Positions 30,401 through 39,699 of a stretch of 64,000 nucleotides of DNA are shown piece after piece. Position 1 is the first letter of the stretch, and every line of letters begins with the position of its first letter. The position numbers and the translations under genes were made by a program. The notes beneath the pieces were generated by a model. That model was not told the DNA's origin, did not search any database, and saw only the letters and a program-made list of their open reading frames with translations. Origin of the DNA: Candidatus Latescibacterota bacterium (GTDB lineage: Bacteria > Latescibacterota > UBA2968 > GCA-2709665); NCBI GenBank assembly GCA_965208835.1, contig OZ242358.1, positions 1,568,001 through 1,632,000 of the forward strand. Direction: 5' to 3'.

Positions 30401-30508
30401 CCACGGGTCTGCGTCTTCAATGATACGCCCGGCGACTTCCTTCGCGTCAGGGTCATCCGCCGCGCGTTGCCGGGCAAGTTGAATCTGTTCCGGTGTGTAG
30501 AGATTCAC
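27425..30508 (-). CDS. Heparinase II/III-family polysaccharide lyase-like protein
   Basis: ESSPSYN, HAHFDRL, PDLGY, NTLAHATVVVDG; 1027 aa. Confidence 0.75.
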   Translation of the reverse strand: MNLYTPEQIQLARQRAADDPDAKEVAGRIIEDADPWLERDQDLIHSLMPGPEVPRSWTINFVSGCPVHGSGPNGYGGYAQGGWIHDPFKDQWRVTCAIGGESYPSNDFGAFYRSGMEDRSLLTGPYADDGWGWQGDDTPFRHWFIAYCCCSTWNTVVAGLTSLSQAYLLSGDGRYAHKALVILDRLAEVYPHMDYSRQSMYALEFSPGYTGKMNDLISESGTVRRLCHALDAVCDAIPGDPVFGSDADEFRKKVEAGIIGASLDGIYRGHVRSNYGGHQEALLIAALASGDRNEIDRAVEWTLNNTGEATELKEMLTHFDGYIFRDKAAHAEGINFALDNLIFREGMGWESSPSYNSSWVTHLTVIARLLEEQGIRIWDRPKFRRMYRWAEEMTCLDDFTPCIGDAGTTTGGHVSLDSATLRTAYRATGDALIGELLRGRETGFDSFESLLEEPVEPPSHADAAAELKEMAAESRLMGGFGLALLRSGRGRERAAVALYYGRAATEHAHFDRLNVELFAYGRKLIPDLGYGEHAAEGDRPAVWTKNTLAHATVVVDGRRQDSQGPGRLEHFVRARGLTWMQVDAPETYHHTSEYRRTLAFVEIAKDARYLLDCFRVEGGSQHDYSLHGFEGKFSVDGITLTPPQKQGTLAGRDVPFGAIYDDAGLTDPSRKGRSYYTYRGGGYSYLYDTRRGNPTASWSSNWRDVKNGIGLSTTFLPSDEAIVAHGDPPRKPGNPKQLTYVLLRNAGDGAASRFVAVHEPFKGTKKVHGVEQLDAGGETLALRVSHQYGEDTIHHAIGPSGGSFGMARHDDEGKLVSLHQSGQGSISADGHTLSIPGPLRGRIVEIDPGSSIITVERDRDSQAFRTAALKGDVARIGNARRAAAYNITAVEGRDRRYRIRFSDDSFRVGRFVITGRNPDGTGLSTKTNLYMAAQGYYRGAWLADRDHAHWLPVDDVELAPHAPGVRRDAGIRLVGGHDLSAGFGVGDIAYLYDVGPGDTIEITPTATAVRQRDGRFRIRANCRAILD

Positions 30509-30910
30509 CTGGACTCCTTTTCACGTGTGACCACCCGCTTTGTGGCGCTCGATGGAGCGAGCGTCTGCGCTTCCGCGGGCATCGATGTGGCGCCTGTTTC
30601 CAGCCCAACAGTATTTCAAAAGCGAGGTGAATTCGCAAGTGCATTTTCGACCGCCGGGACGGCATGGCCAGAAGGCCCGGGAACCGGGCATGGATCCGGG
30701 AGTCAGTCAGTCGTCGCTTGCCGAAGCGCTTGACGGTTGGCGCCGGATTTGATAAATAGTCACTGCGGTCCAGGATAATTTCGAGAAGACGAAATAGGAC
30801 AGGTGTGACCGTTTGTGTTTCTGTGCCTTTTGTGGCCAATGCCTTTTCGAAGTCAACCCGGCAGAGCCCAACACTAGCCACATAAGGTGAAGTTTTCAGG
30901 AGAAACCTGC

Positions 30911-31852
30911 ATGAAATACCGGTCGCTTGGACGAACCGGGCTTCGTGTTTCCGTCCTCGGCATTGGTACCGGCGGTCCGAGCCAGTTCGGACAGAATTCA
31001 GGCGTGCCTGAGACCGACGTCAGCCGGATGGTGCGCAGGGCGCTGGCGCTGGGCGTCAATTTTTTCGACACCGCCGCGGGCTACGGGGAAAGCGAAGCCA
31101 TTCTCGGCAGGGCGTTGACGGGTGTGCCGCGGGACGAATACGTGCTGGCCACAAAGGTGCAGGTGGCGCGCGACGAATGGACGGCCACGCCCGAAGACGT
31201 GGTCGCCACCGTGGAACTGAGCCTTGAACGGCTGCGGGTGGACGTTATTGACATTATGCAGTTTCACGGCGTAAAACCGGAAGACTATGCACGCACGATC
31301 GGGATATTTCTGCCTGTAATGGCGCGGCTACAGGAACAGGGTAAATTCCGCTTTCTCGGCGTATCGGAAACCTATTCCCAGGATTTCCGACACGAGATGT
31401 TTCCGATGGCGCTTGCCGACGACCATTTTGACACCGCGATGGTCGGTTACAATATGATCAGCCCGACGGCGGAGCGTCGTGTCCTGCCGATGTGCCTTGA
31501 GAGAAACGTGGGTGTAATCTGTATGGTGGCGGTACGAAGGGCGCTGAGCAGGCCGGAGGTGCTGGCTGAGCGCATCGCCTATGCAAAGAAAACGGGCCTG
31601 ATTGAACGGGATTCGGTACCGGACGAAGATCCGCTGGGCTGGCTCGTGAAGGGCCATGTGACTTCACTGCCGGCGGCCGCCTACAAGTACGTGGCGTCAC
31701 ATCCTGCGATGGGCACGGTCCTGACGGGTACGGCGAACATCGATCACCTGGAGGCGAACGTGAAGGCCATTCTCGGTCCGCCGCTTCCTGACGACGATTT
31801 GGCACGATTGAGAGATATCTTTGGCGCCGTGTGGGAGCCTTTGGGGAATTGA
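30911..31852 (+). CDS. Aldo/keto reductase
   Basis: MKYRSLGRTGLRVS.LG.G, FDTAAGYG.SE, ATK, SLERL.VD.ID..QFH. Confidence 0.9.
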   Translation: MKYRSLGRTGLRVSVLGIGTGGPSQFGQNSGVPETDVSRMVRRALALGVNFFDTAAGYGESEAILGRALTGVPRDEYVLATKVQVARDEWTATPEDVVATVELSLERLRVDVIDIMQFHGVKPEDYARTIGIFLPVMARLQEQGKFRFLGVSETYSQDFRHEMFPMALADDHFDTAMVGYNMISPTAERRVLPMCLERNVGVICMVAVRRALSRPEVLAERIAYAKKTGLIERDSVPDEDPLGWLVKGHVTSLPAAAYKYVASHPAMGTVLTGTANIDHLEANVKAILGPPLPDDDLARLRDIFGAVWEPLGN

Positions 31853-31892
31853 CCCGATCCGGTGACCGCTCGCTTGTTGAAAGGTCCGTTCC

Positions 31893-32999
31893 ATGCTCGA
31901 AACAACTGCCGAATCCGAGGCAATGGCGGTCGACGCCGGGAAATCCGGCGTCTCGCTTATAGACGCGGACGTCCACAATTATCCCGATTCCATCGACGAA
32001 CTCCTGCCCTATCTGTCGAGGCGGTGGCAGGCGTACGTCGGGCAGTCGGGGTTCACGATACCGTCGGTCTCGATTTACCCGAAACTCTACGCGCAGGCCG
32101 CCCGGCGCGACGCCTGGCCGCCGAATGGCAGGAAGCCCGGAACAGACGCCGGGTTTGCCCGGGAACAGTTACTCGACAGATGGGGTATTGACTTTGCGGT
32201 CCTCAACCCGCTCGTCGCGGTGTCGGCCGTGCGCAATATCGATCTTGCAAACGCGCTGCAGCGGGCCGTCAACGAATGGACCCGGGAGGCGTGGCTGGAT
32301 GCCGACAGCAGGTGGCGCGGCTCAATCGTCGTGAACATCCAGGATGCGGACGCGGCCGCCGCCGAGATCGAGCGCGTAGCCGCCGACCGCCGCTTCGTGC
32401 AGGTGTTGCTGCTCGTGCGTTCCTACGCACCCTACGGACGGCGCGAATTCCGGCCCATCTTTCGCGCCGCGGCCGCGGCCGACCTGCCCGTAGGCATTCA
32501 TTTTGGCGGCGGCGGCAATCCCATTACGGCAAGCGGTTGGCCATCCTATTACATCGAGGACCACACGGGAATGTCGCAGGCCTTCGAGGCCCAGGTTATC
32601 AGCCTGGTGTGCGAAGGCGTCTTCGAGGAACTGCCTTCGGCCAGGATAGCCCTCATTGAGGGGGGATTCGCCTGGTTGCCCGCGCTCATGTGGCGGCTTG
32701 ACAAGAACTACCGCGGTCTTCGCGTCGAAGTGCCGTGGCTCAGGAAGCTGCCAAGCGAATACATCCGGGACCACTTCCGCGCGACGACGCAGCCCATGGA
32801 GGAGCCTTCCAATCCCCGGCACCTGCTCGCCATTCTGGATATGATCGGATGCGAAGACTTTCTCATGTTCGCCACCGACTATCCGCACTGGGACTTCGAC
32901 GCGCCCGACCGTGCACTGCCCCGGGTCATCAACGGCACCCTGAGGCAGCGCATTCTGGCCGATAACGCGGCGGCCTTCTATGGTCTCGAAGACAGTTGA
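31893..32999 (+). CDS. Amidohydrolase family protein (amidohydro_2)
   Basis: [33 protein letters not shown]. Confidence 0.88.
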   Translation: MLETTAESEAMAVDAGKSGVSLIDADVHNYPDSIDELLPYLSRRWQAYVGQSGFTIPSVSIYPKLYAQAARRDAWPPNGRKPGTDAGFAREQLLDRWGIDFAVLNPLVAVSAVRNIDLANALQRAVNEWTREAWLDADSRWRGSIVVNIQDADAAAAEIERVAADRRFVQVLLLVRSYAPYGRREFRPIFRAAAAADLPVGIHFGGGGNPITASGWPSYYIEDHTGMSQAFEAQVISLVCEGVFEELPSARIALIEGGFAWLPALMWRLDKNYRGLRVEVPWLRKLPSEYIRDHFRATTQPMEEPSNPRHLLAILDMIGCEDFLMFATDYPHWDFDAPDRALPRVINGTLRQRILADNAAAFYGLEDS

Positions 33000-33345
33000 C
33001 ATCGGATCGGTTGACGACTTCCAGCCTGGCCGGCCACGACGGGTTGACGCCGGAGGCCGTGCGCTTATGGTGGTGCGGCGGGGCGGCCGCTTTTTTGCAT
33101 TGCGCGATGTCTGTCCTCACCAGGGCGCGCCGCTGTCTGCCGGAAAGGTGGACGGTACGGCCCTGCCGTGTCGTCCCGGCGAGGAGATCTCCTACGGTCG
33201 TCTGGGCGAAATCCTTACGTGCCCCTGGCACGGATGGCAATTCGATCTGGCAACCGGCCGCGCACTGATTGAGCCCGAGCGATTCCGGGTGCGGGTCTAT
33301 CCCGTACAGGTCGCCGGCCGCCGCGTTATTGTTCAGATGGACTAG
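32980..33345 (+). CDS. Rieske (2Fe-2S) ferredoxin
   Basis: CPHQG and CPWHGWQFD motifs. Confidence 0.9.
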   Translation: MVSKTVDIGSVDDFQPGRPRRVDAGGRALMVVRRGGRFFALRDVCPHQGAPLSAGKVDGTALPCRPGEEISYGRLGEILTCPWHGWQFDLATGRALIEPERFRVRVYPVQVAGRRVIVQMD

Positions 33346-33454
33346 ACTTCCGCCCTCCCTTCCACGCGCCCGGGGTCTCGCCCGCATGAAATGGCCTTGG
33401 CATTCATCGCGACGGACACAAGTGTTCTGTCCCGGAAATTAGTTGCCTGAATTC

Positions 33455-33590
33455 GACCGCTGAGTCGCCCGGCTCGCAAGGCGCCGGAGCGCAGGCGACC
33501 TGCGTAAGGTCGGCGAGCGAGGGGAACGTAGCGAGACGGAATGAATCGGCGGTCGAATGGTGAGGAATTTTTGGGACAGGACAATAGATT
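33455..33590. repeat. Intergenic repeat family C, copy 2
   Basis: Matches 6240-6385; overlaps the putative MFS start region. Confidence 0.75.
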
Positions 33591-34773
33591 GATCAAGATC
33601 AGCAATCCATTTTCCGAATGGAACCGGGACTTTCGGCTTCTGGGTGCGGCGGCGTTTTCAGTAGGCGTATTTTTCGGCGTCCAACTGACGTTGTACAACA
33701 ACTTTGCCGTGGATCGTCTGGGCATCGAGCCTCACGAACTCGGGTACGTGGAAGCCTTGCGGGAGACGTCGGGATTCCTGAACGCGTTTTTTGTCGCGCT
33801 GATGATGCGGCTGGCGCCGCCTGTCGTCGCTGGCGCCTCCCTGGTAGTGATGGGCGCGGGGCTTGCCGCATACGCGGACGTGCATACCGTATTCTCCCTC
33901 GCGGTATATTCGGCGCTGTGGGGCATCGGGTTCCACTGCTGGATCCCCATGGAGCAGTCCATGGCGCTGCGGTTTTCTCCCGACGGCAAGAAGGGGAAGT
34001 GGCTGGGGCAGTTGAGGAGCGTGCACGCCTTTGCGTGGCTGCTGACAATCGGGATCTGCAATCTGATCTTCCATTTAATCCGCTACGACTGGCTGTTCGT
34101 GGCCGCCGGAGCGATAACCGCGCTGGGTGGACTGGCGATCTTCTTTGCCAGCAGAAAACCCCCTGGCGTGAAGGAAAAGAGTTTCGTTTTCCACCGCCGC
34201 TACGGTCTGTATTATGCGTTGAATTTTCTGCAGGGCTGTCGGAAGCAGATGTTTATCACGTTTGCCATCTTCGCGCTGGTGAAAGTCCATGGCATGCCCG
34301 TGGAAACGACGATGGTGCTCGTACTGATCAATCAGACGCTGATTACGTTGACGGCCCCGCTGATGGGCCGGCTTGTCGACAGGCACGGAGAGCGCGCCGT
34401 ACTCAGCTGGAGCTACATCGGGCTGGCCTTCGTCTTTTTCGGGTATGGCGCGATTCAACACCGTCCGACGCTGTACGTGCTTTATTGTATCGATAACCTT
34501 ATTTTCTTCGGAGGTATTGCGCTTACGACGTACCTGCACAAGATTGCGCCTCAGGAGGATCTGAAACCCACCCTGTCCATGGGCGTCACAATGAATCATT
34601 TCGCCGCGGTGGCGGCGCCGTTGATCGGCGGCCTGGTCTGGCGTTACTTCGGCTACCAGGTGATTTTTTTCAGCGGTGCGGTTCTGGCTCTGATATCCCT
34701 TCTTGTGAGCCAGTGGGTGGATCCCGAGGGGATGCTGCGGCGGGAGCGCGAGGCGGTTGCATTGGCGGATTGA
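33589..34773 (+). CDS. MFS transporter
   Basis: About 12 TM helices, GRLVDRHGER MFS motif; TTG start chosen because the upstream ATG lies within a repeat. Confidence 0.85.
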   Translation: MIKISNPFSEWNRDFRLLGAAAFSVGVFFGVQLTLYNNFAVDRLGIEPHELGYVEALRETSGFLNAFFVALMMRLAPPVVAGASLVVMGAGLAAYADVHTVFSLAVYSALWGIGFHCWIPMEQSMALRFSPDGKKGKWLGQLRSVHAFAWLLTIGICNLIFHLIRYDWLFVAAGAITALGGLAIFFASRKPPGVKEKSFVFHRRYGLYYALNFLQGCRKQMFITFAIFALVKVHGMPVETTMVLVLINQTLITLTAPLMGRLVDRHGERAVLSWSYIGLAFVFFGYGAIQHRPTLYVLYCIDNLIFFGGIALTTYLHKIAPQEDLKPTLSMGVTMNHFAAVAAPLIGGLVWRYFGYQVIFFSGAVLALISLLVSQWVDPEGMLRREREAVALAD

Positions 34774-34833
34774 CGCGCATGCCATTGCGCGGCCGCGAGG
34801 GAAACGACTCTTGATCGGTATATGGAGGACAGG

Positions 34834-35787
34834 ATGAGATATCGGGAACTCGGAAAAACGGGGATTCAGGTCTCCGAGGTGGGGTTGGGTTGCTGGCCTA
34901 TCGGCGGGGCTTCATTCAGGGGCGGCAGTCCGACGGGCTGGTCCGGAGTGGACGTGAAGGCGTCGATCGAAACCGTCCGTACATCCTGGGCGCAGAATGT
35001 GACATTTTACGATACAGCGGACGCGTACGGTCGGGGGAAGAGCGAGGTCCTGGTGGGACTGGGTTTGTACGAAAACAAGAACGATGCCGTGATATGCACC
35101 AAAGTCGGGATGAGTCTCGCGGCGCCGGGCCAGGACTTTTCCGAACCTTATATCCTCGGTGCGCTGGACGCAAGCCTTACGCGTCTGGAGCGCGATTACG
35201 TCGATCTTTACCTGCTGCACGGTCCTCCCCTGGAAGGGATGACGGACGCGCTGTTCAGGCTGATGAAGAGCCTGAAGGATTCGGGGAAAATTCGTGCGTG
35301 GGGCGTGTCGATCAGCCCGGTCGAAACCTCCGACGTGGTCGTGGAAGAAGGGCTGCGCGCCATGGCGGGCGGCGCCGAGGCGATTCAACTTGTGTACAAC
35401 ATGCTTCAGCAGAAGGAGGGCGACGCCCTTTTCCCGGCGGCCATGGAAAAGGGGGTGGGGATGATCGCTCGGGTGCCGCTGGCATCGGGCTGGCTGACGG
35501 GAAAATACAATGAGAGTACCGCGTTCCCCGAAGACGACCTGCGAAGTCTCAGATACACGCGAGACAGGGTGAGAGAGACGGCAGCGCAGGTCGGAAAGCT
35601 GGATTTTCTGCTCGAGGAGGCCGATTCCATGGTCGACGCGGCGCTGCGGTTCGTGCTTTCGAATCCCGCGGTTTCCACGGTCATTCCGGGGGCCAAGACA
35701 CCCGCGCAACTTGAGGACGTCGTCAAGTCGGCTGGAAAGACGCTTTCCCGCGAGTCGCTGGACCGGATCCGGGAGATGTTTGGCTGA
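34834..35787 (+). CDS. Aldo/keto reductase
   Basis: MRYRELGKTG..VSEVGLG, YDTADAYG.G.SE, SL.RL..DYVDLYLLH, VIPGAK. Confidence 0.9.
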   Translation: MRYRELGKTGIQVSEVGLGCWPIGGASFRGGSPTGWSGVDVKASIETVRTSWAQNVTFYDTADAYGRGKSEVLVGLGLYENKNDAVICTKVGMSLAAPGQDFSEPYILGALDASLTRLERDYVDLYLLHGPPLEGMTDALFRLMKSLKDSGKIRAWGVSISPVETSDVVVEEGLRAMAGGAEAIQLVYNMLQQKEGDALFPAAMEKGVGMIARVPLASGWLTGKYNESTAFPEDDLRSLRYTRDRVRETAAQVGKLDFLLEEADSMVDAALRFVLSNPAVSTVIPGAKTPAQLEDVVKSAGKTLSRESLDRIREMFG

Positions 35788-35917
35788 ACGCAAGCAGTCG
35801 ACGAAAACCCGGGAACGGAAATCGACCTCGCACACTGTTCGCCGGTCGCGAACGCCGAGTCTGTACAGGGCGCGTGTAAAGCATCTTCAGGGAAATGACG
35901 GGATGGAGGATATTTGA

Positions 35918-36901
35918 ATGGTTGGGTTTGCGGTGGTCGGCCTGGGCATGGGGCGAAACAGGTGCCGGACAATAAGGGACACCGAGGGCGCTGAATTGAA
36001 AATTGTCGTGGACCTGGACGAGACCCGGCTCGGGCAGGCAGGTTCTGAATTCGGCGTGGAGGGCACAACGGACCTGGATGCGGCGCTGGATCGGGAGGAC
36101 GTGGATGCGGTGATGGTGATGACGCCCAGCGGGACCCACGCCGATCTGGGCATCCGGGCAGCGCGCGCTGGCAAACACGTGATTACCACGAAGCCCATGG
36201 ATGTGTCTACCGAAGCGTGCGACCGGTTGATTGCGGCGTGCGACGAGGCGAAAGTGCTTTGCGGTGTGGATTATCAGAGCCGGTACGTCGACAACAACTA
36301 TCGTGTGGCCGAGGCGCTTCGGCAGGGCTGGCTGGGAAAACCCATCCTGGGCGAAGTCAGATTCAAGTGGTTCAGAGCCCAGTCCTACTTCGAAGCGAGC
36401 GGCGGATGGCGCGGGACGTGGAAGATGGACGGCGGCGGGTCGCTGGCCAACCAGGGCGCGCACCTGCTGGATGTGCTGTGCTGGTTTATGGGAGACGCGG
36501 TTTCAGTCTATGGCGAGATGGCCATCATGAACCACGAAATCGAGACCGAGGATATCGGGTTGGCAATCGTGAATTTCGAGAGTGGCGCGAAGGGCACGGT
36601 TGCCGGGACGACGACGTTTCCCGCAAGTGCGTACTTCAGCGCAGAAGTCCACGGAACGCACGGCGGGGTGTTGATCGGCGACGTGCTCAGCGGCGAAATG
36701 CGAGTGTTCGGGGAGGGTCTGGAGGAGCGGCTGGCGGCGGTGGAGAACCCTCTCAAGAACATCATCCAGGACGTGGTCAGCGCGGTGGAGAGAAGAACGG
36801 CGTTGCGGGTGGATGGACGGGAGGGCCGGCGGACTGTTGCGTTACTGGAGTCCATCTACACGTCCGCGCGGACGGGCCGGCCGATAGACGTCGTTGCATG
36901 A
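35918..36901 (+). CDS. Gfo/Idh/MocA oxidoreductase
   Basis: VGLGMG, KPMD, WRGTW.MDGGG.L.NQG.H. Confidence 0.9.
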   Translation: MVGFAVVGLGMGRNRCRTIRDTEGAELKIVVDLDETRLGQAGSEFGVEGTTDLDAALDREDVDAVMVMTPSGTHADLGIRAARAGKHVITTKPMDVSTEACDRLIAACDEAKVLCGVDYQSRYVDNNYRVAEALRQGWLGKPILGEVRFKWFRAQSYFEASGGWRGTWKMDGGGSLANQGAHLLDVLCWFMGDAVSVYGEMAIMNHEIETEDIGLAIVNFESGAKGTVAGTTTFPASAYFSAEVHGTHGGVLIGDVLSGEMRVFGEGLEERLAAVENPLKNIIQDVVSAVERRTALRVDGREGRRTVALLESIYTSARTGRPIDVVA

Positions 36902-36980
36902 TTGGCGGCTCGCATGGTCGTTCTCGCAGGGGTCCGCGGCAGAAAATCGGCCACGGCAACGCGTGGCGGCGTCAGCCGGC

Positions 36981-37331
36981 TTACACCTGGCCGTGGTCGT
37001 GGTCCTCGTGGCGATCCGAGGCGAATTGCGCGGTCCTTGCCGTCAGTTGTCCGCGGGCGACGAGGCCCTTTTCGATTGCCAGCTCTTCAAGTGAAGCGAC
37101 CCATCGTGCGTAGTAATCCGATGGGTCGTTTTCTTTTTCTGCGGCGGCAATCCGGGAAGCCAGCGCCGCGCTGAACTCGCGCCATTCGTAGACGCCCTTC
37201 TCACAGAGCGCCACGGCAAGACCGAAGGCGCGGGCTTCCCACGGAGCTTCGAATACGAGTTCGCCGTTCTGGCGGGGGAGCGCGACCGTCGTTTCAGCGT
37301 CCGCGATCTTCCTGTCGATTCGACCCGTCAT
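36981..37331 (-). CDS. Nitrile hydratase accessory (activator) protein
   Basis: LPR.NGELVFEAPWEARAFGLAVAL, YY..W..SLE; His-rich tail. Confidence 0.85.
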   Translation of the reverse strand: MTGRIDRKIADAETTVALPRQNGELVFEAPWEARAFGLAVALCEKGVYEWREFSAALASRIAAAEKENDPSDYYARWVASLEELAIEKGLVARGQLTARTAQFASDRHEDHDHGQV

Positions 37332-37338
37332 ATCCGGC

Positions 37339-37947
37339 TCAGTTCGATGAGGTATCGATCCTGGCCACGCCGATCATCGCGTCGCGCGTGACCAGCCGGA
37401 CAAGCGCTTCTTCCGTGAAGTCTTCCGTGCCTTCGGGTCGTTCCGGCAGGACCATATACCGGAGATCCGAATTGCTGTCCCAGACGCGGATTTCGACGGA
37501 CTCCGGCAGATGCAGGTCGAATTCCCTGAGTACTGCCCGTGGTTCCCGGACGAGCCGCGACCGGTAGGCGAAGGATTTGTACCAGCCGGGAGGCAGACCG
37601 AGCACCGGCCATGGATAGCAGGAACAAAGGGTGCAGACGACGACGTTGTGGACCGTCGACGTGTTTTCAAGGACAACGATCTCCGCGCCTTCCCTGCCGG
37701 CGAAGCCCAGCTCCGCGATCGCCTCCGTGCCGTTCTCCAGCAGCCTTCGCTTGTAGCCGTTGTCCGTCCAGGCGCGGGCAACCACCCTGGCTCCGTTGAG
37801 CGGTCCCACGTCCTTCTCGTACTTTTCCACGACTTTGTCAATCGTGTCGGTCGTCAGCAACCCTTTTTCAACCAGCAGCGATTCCAGCGCCCGCGTGCGC
37901 AACGCCGCGTCGGACTCGCTCTGCACGGATTCTTGTCGTCTGTTCAT
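37339..37947 (-). CDS. nthA: Nitrile hydratase alpha subunit, Co-type
   Basis: [21 protein letters not shown] (Thr/Tyr signature of the Co type). Confidence 0.95.
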   Translation of the reverse strand: MNRRQESVQSESDAALRTRALESLLVEKGLLTTDTIDKVVEKYEKDVGPLNGARVVARAWTDNGYKRRLLENGTEAIAELGFAGREGAEIVVLENTSTVHNVVVCTLCSCYPWPVLGLPPGWYKSFAYRSRLVREPRAVLREFDLHLPESVEIRVWDSNSDLRYMVLPERPEGTEDFTEEALVRLVTRDAMIGVARIDTSSN

Positions 37948-37964
37948 GACGTCGGCCCCTCGTA

Positions 37965-38212
37965 AGCGGGTAGACGGGAGACGGTAGAATAAATAAGGGG
38001 AGACGGTAGAGGGGAGACGGTAGAAGAAGCCCTTGCCGATATGTTCCTCCGGCTCGCCTGCGGCCTGACAGGAAACCTTACACGGCATGCGATCTCTACC
38101 CTCTCCCGGCTTACGTCTCACCAGGTGGTGGGGTGTCGTGTGGTTCTCTACCCTCTAACCGCATTCAGGTTTTTTGTGGCCAATTTGACTGGTGTCTTTT
38201 TTCGGATTGACG
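37965..38212. repeat. Intergenic repeat family B, copy 4 (inverted), between nthB and nthA
   Basis: Reverse complement of 26180-26432; tail TGTGGCCAATTTG.CTGGTGTCTTTTT also seen at 455-490. Confidence 0.85.
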
Positions 38213-38899
38213 TTAATCGCAATCTGACTGCACGGGCGCCAGATAGCCTTCCCACATGTCCAGATAGACCGCGTCTTGCGCTTCGGCCGACTCCCCCCAC
38301 AATTCCCGGGATTCGAAGCGTACGGCATACAGCGGCTGCTCCCGACGCACGCACCATCCGGGCAACTCGGCGTCCTGGAGGTCGTGGATTCCGTAAAAGC
38401 GAGCGATCGTACCTTTCTTTCCCCGGACGTACCGAGGAAGCCGTGTGTGGCCCTCGGGGTGGATGTTTCTCGCCCGTACCGGGTCGCCACTTCGAAATCG
38501 CGGCCGGACTTCCACGTGCGACGGTGTGGTCGAAACGGTTCGTTTGCCCGCGAGTTCCGCCCGGACGCGGTCGGGGTTGGGGGGGACCGGAGTCTCCGCC
38601 TCCGGTCTGTCCCGGAACAGCGCCATCCTCGTCTCCAACTCCTCGTCCGTCAGCGCTCCCGCATCGATCAGGCCCTTGATTCTGGCGTGCAGCCACTTTT
38701 CGTAGTAGGTGGATGACAGATAATGCGCAGGATCCATGTTCTCGATGTTGTTTCGCGAACCTCCCGGGACCGGCACGGGAACGGCAACGGCCATACCCAG
38801 CACGCGCCTCTCCCAATCGTGGTGGAACAGAGGTTCGTCTTCTTCACGTACAATCGGGCCGAATCCGTGCATTCCGCCCAGGTCATGGATGCCGTCCAT
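38213..38899 (-). CDS. nthB: Nitrile hydratase beta subunit
   Basis: MDGIHDLGGMHGFG, YYEKW, HTRLPRYVRGK.G, DMWEGYL. Confidence 0.95.
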   Translation of the reverse strand: MDGIHDLGGMHGFGPIVREEDEPLFHHDWERRVLGMAVAVPVPVPGGSRNNIENMDPAHYLSSTYYEKWLHARIKGLIDAGALTDEELETRMALFRDRPEAETPVPPNPDRVRAELAGKRTVSTTPSHVEVRPRFRSGDPVRARNIHPEGHTRLPRYVRGKKGTIARFYGIHDLQDAELPGWCVRREQPLYAVRFESRELWGESAEAQDAVYLDMWEGYLAPVQSDCD

Positions 38900-38986
38900 G
38901 GGTGTCTCCCTTGTCCCACAGATCTGTCTCGTCAGCGGCTTCACATATGGATTGCGCAATGGCAGACGCTTCAATCAGCCGCTTCG

Positions 38987-39685
38987 TCAGTCGTTTCCTT
39001 CGTAGACGGGTCTGCCGCGAACCAGAATTCGTTTGGGGTTCGGTACGTCCGCGAGTTCGTCCACGCTGTGGTATCCGATGGTCATGCTCATGCGCGTGCG
39101 ATCCGTGCGGTTCTCGCCGATACCGTGCATGAGCAGGCTGTCGAGTACCAGCATTCCTCCCGCCGGCATGGGAGCAACCAGCGCCTGATCCAGCAGCGAT
39201 CGGCTCCAGTCGTGCCCGTAGAGGCGCCCTTCGATGCCGGGAAAATGGTGAGAGCCGGGGACGAGGAGCGTGGCGCCGTTTTCCGTGTTCGTTTCCTGCA
39301 GGTAGAAGATCACTGTAAAGATCGTTCGGGACCACTGTCTAACGTCGCGGTGGAATCCCTCAGGCCCGGTTTCCACCGACGTGTTCAGCGTTGCATGGTT
39401 GTGCCGGTTCTTGACCAGTTCTATATTGGGCCCCATCAGATACTCCAGAGAATCCAGCACGATGGAACTGGATGCCGTCTCGAGGAAAATCGGATCTCTG
39501 TCAACGAGGCCCGAAATTCTGACCACGCGCCCCTCTGTGTTCCGCACCACGGGTTCGACCTCCGCCCGGATGTCTGCGAGCACGGCCTGCCGGAGTCTAT
39601 CGACGGTGTCTTCGTGAAGACGATCCGGCAGTTTCAGGAAGCCGTTGTGGCGAAACAGGTGTACCTGTTCCGGCGAGAGGGACAT
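38987..39685 (-). CDS. Phytanoyl-CoA dioxygenase (PhyH) family Fe/2OG enzyme (HxD)
   Basis: GFHRD, ENGA.LLVPGSH, MHG.GEN....R. Confidence 0.88.
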   Translation of the reverse strand: MSLSPEQVHLFRHNGFLKLPDRLHEDTVDRLRQAVLADIRAEVEPVVRNTEGRVVRISGLVDRDPIFLETASSSIVLDSLEYLMGPNIELVKNRHNHATLNTSVETGPEGFHRDVRQWSRTIFTVIFYLQETNTENGATLLVPGSHHFPGIEGRLYGHDWSRSLLDQALVAPMPAGGMLVLDSLLMHGIGENRTDRTRMSMTIGYHSVDELADVPNPKRILVRGRPVYEGND

Positions 39686-39699
39686 GGTTGGTGGTTTCG

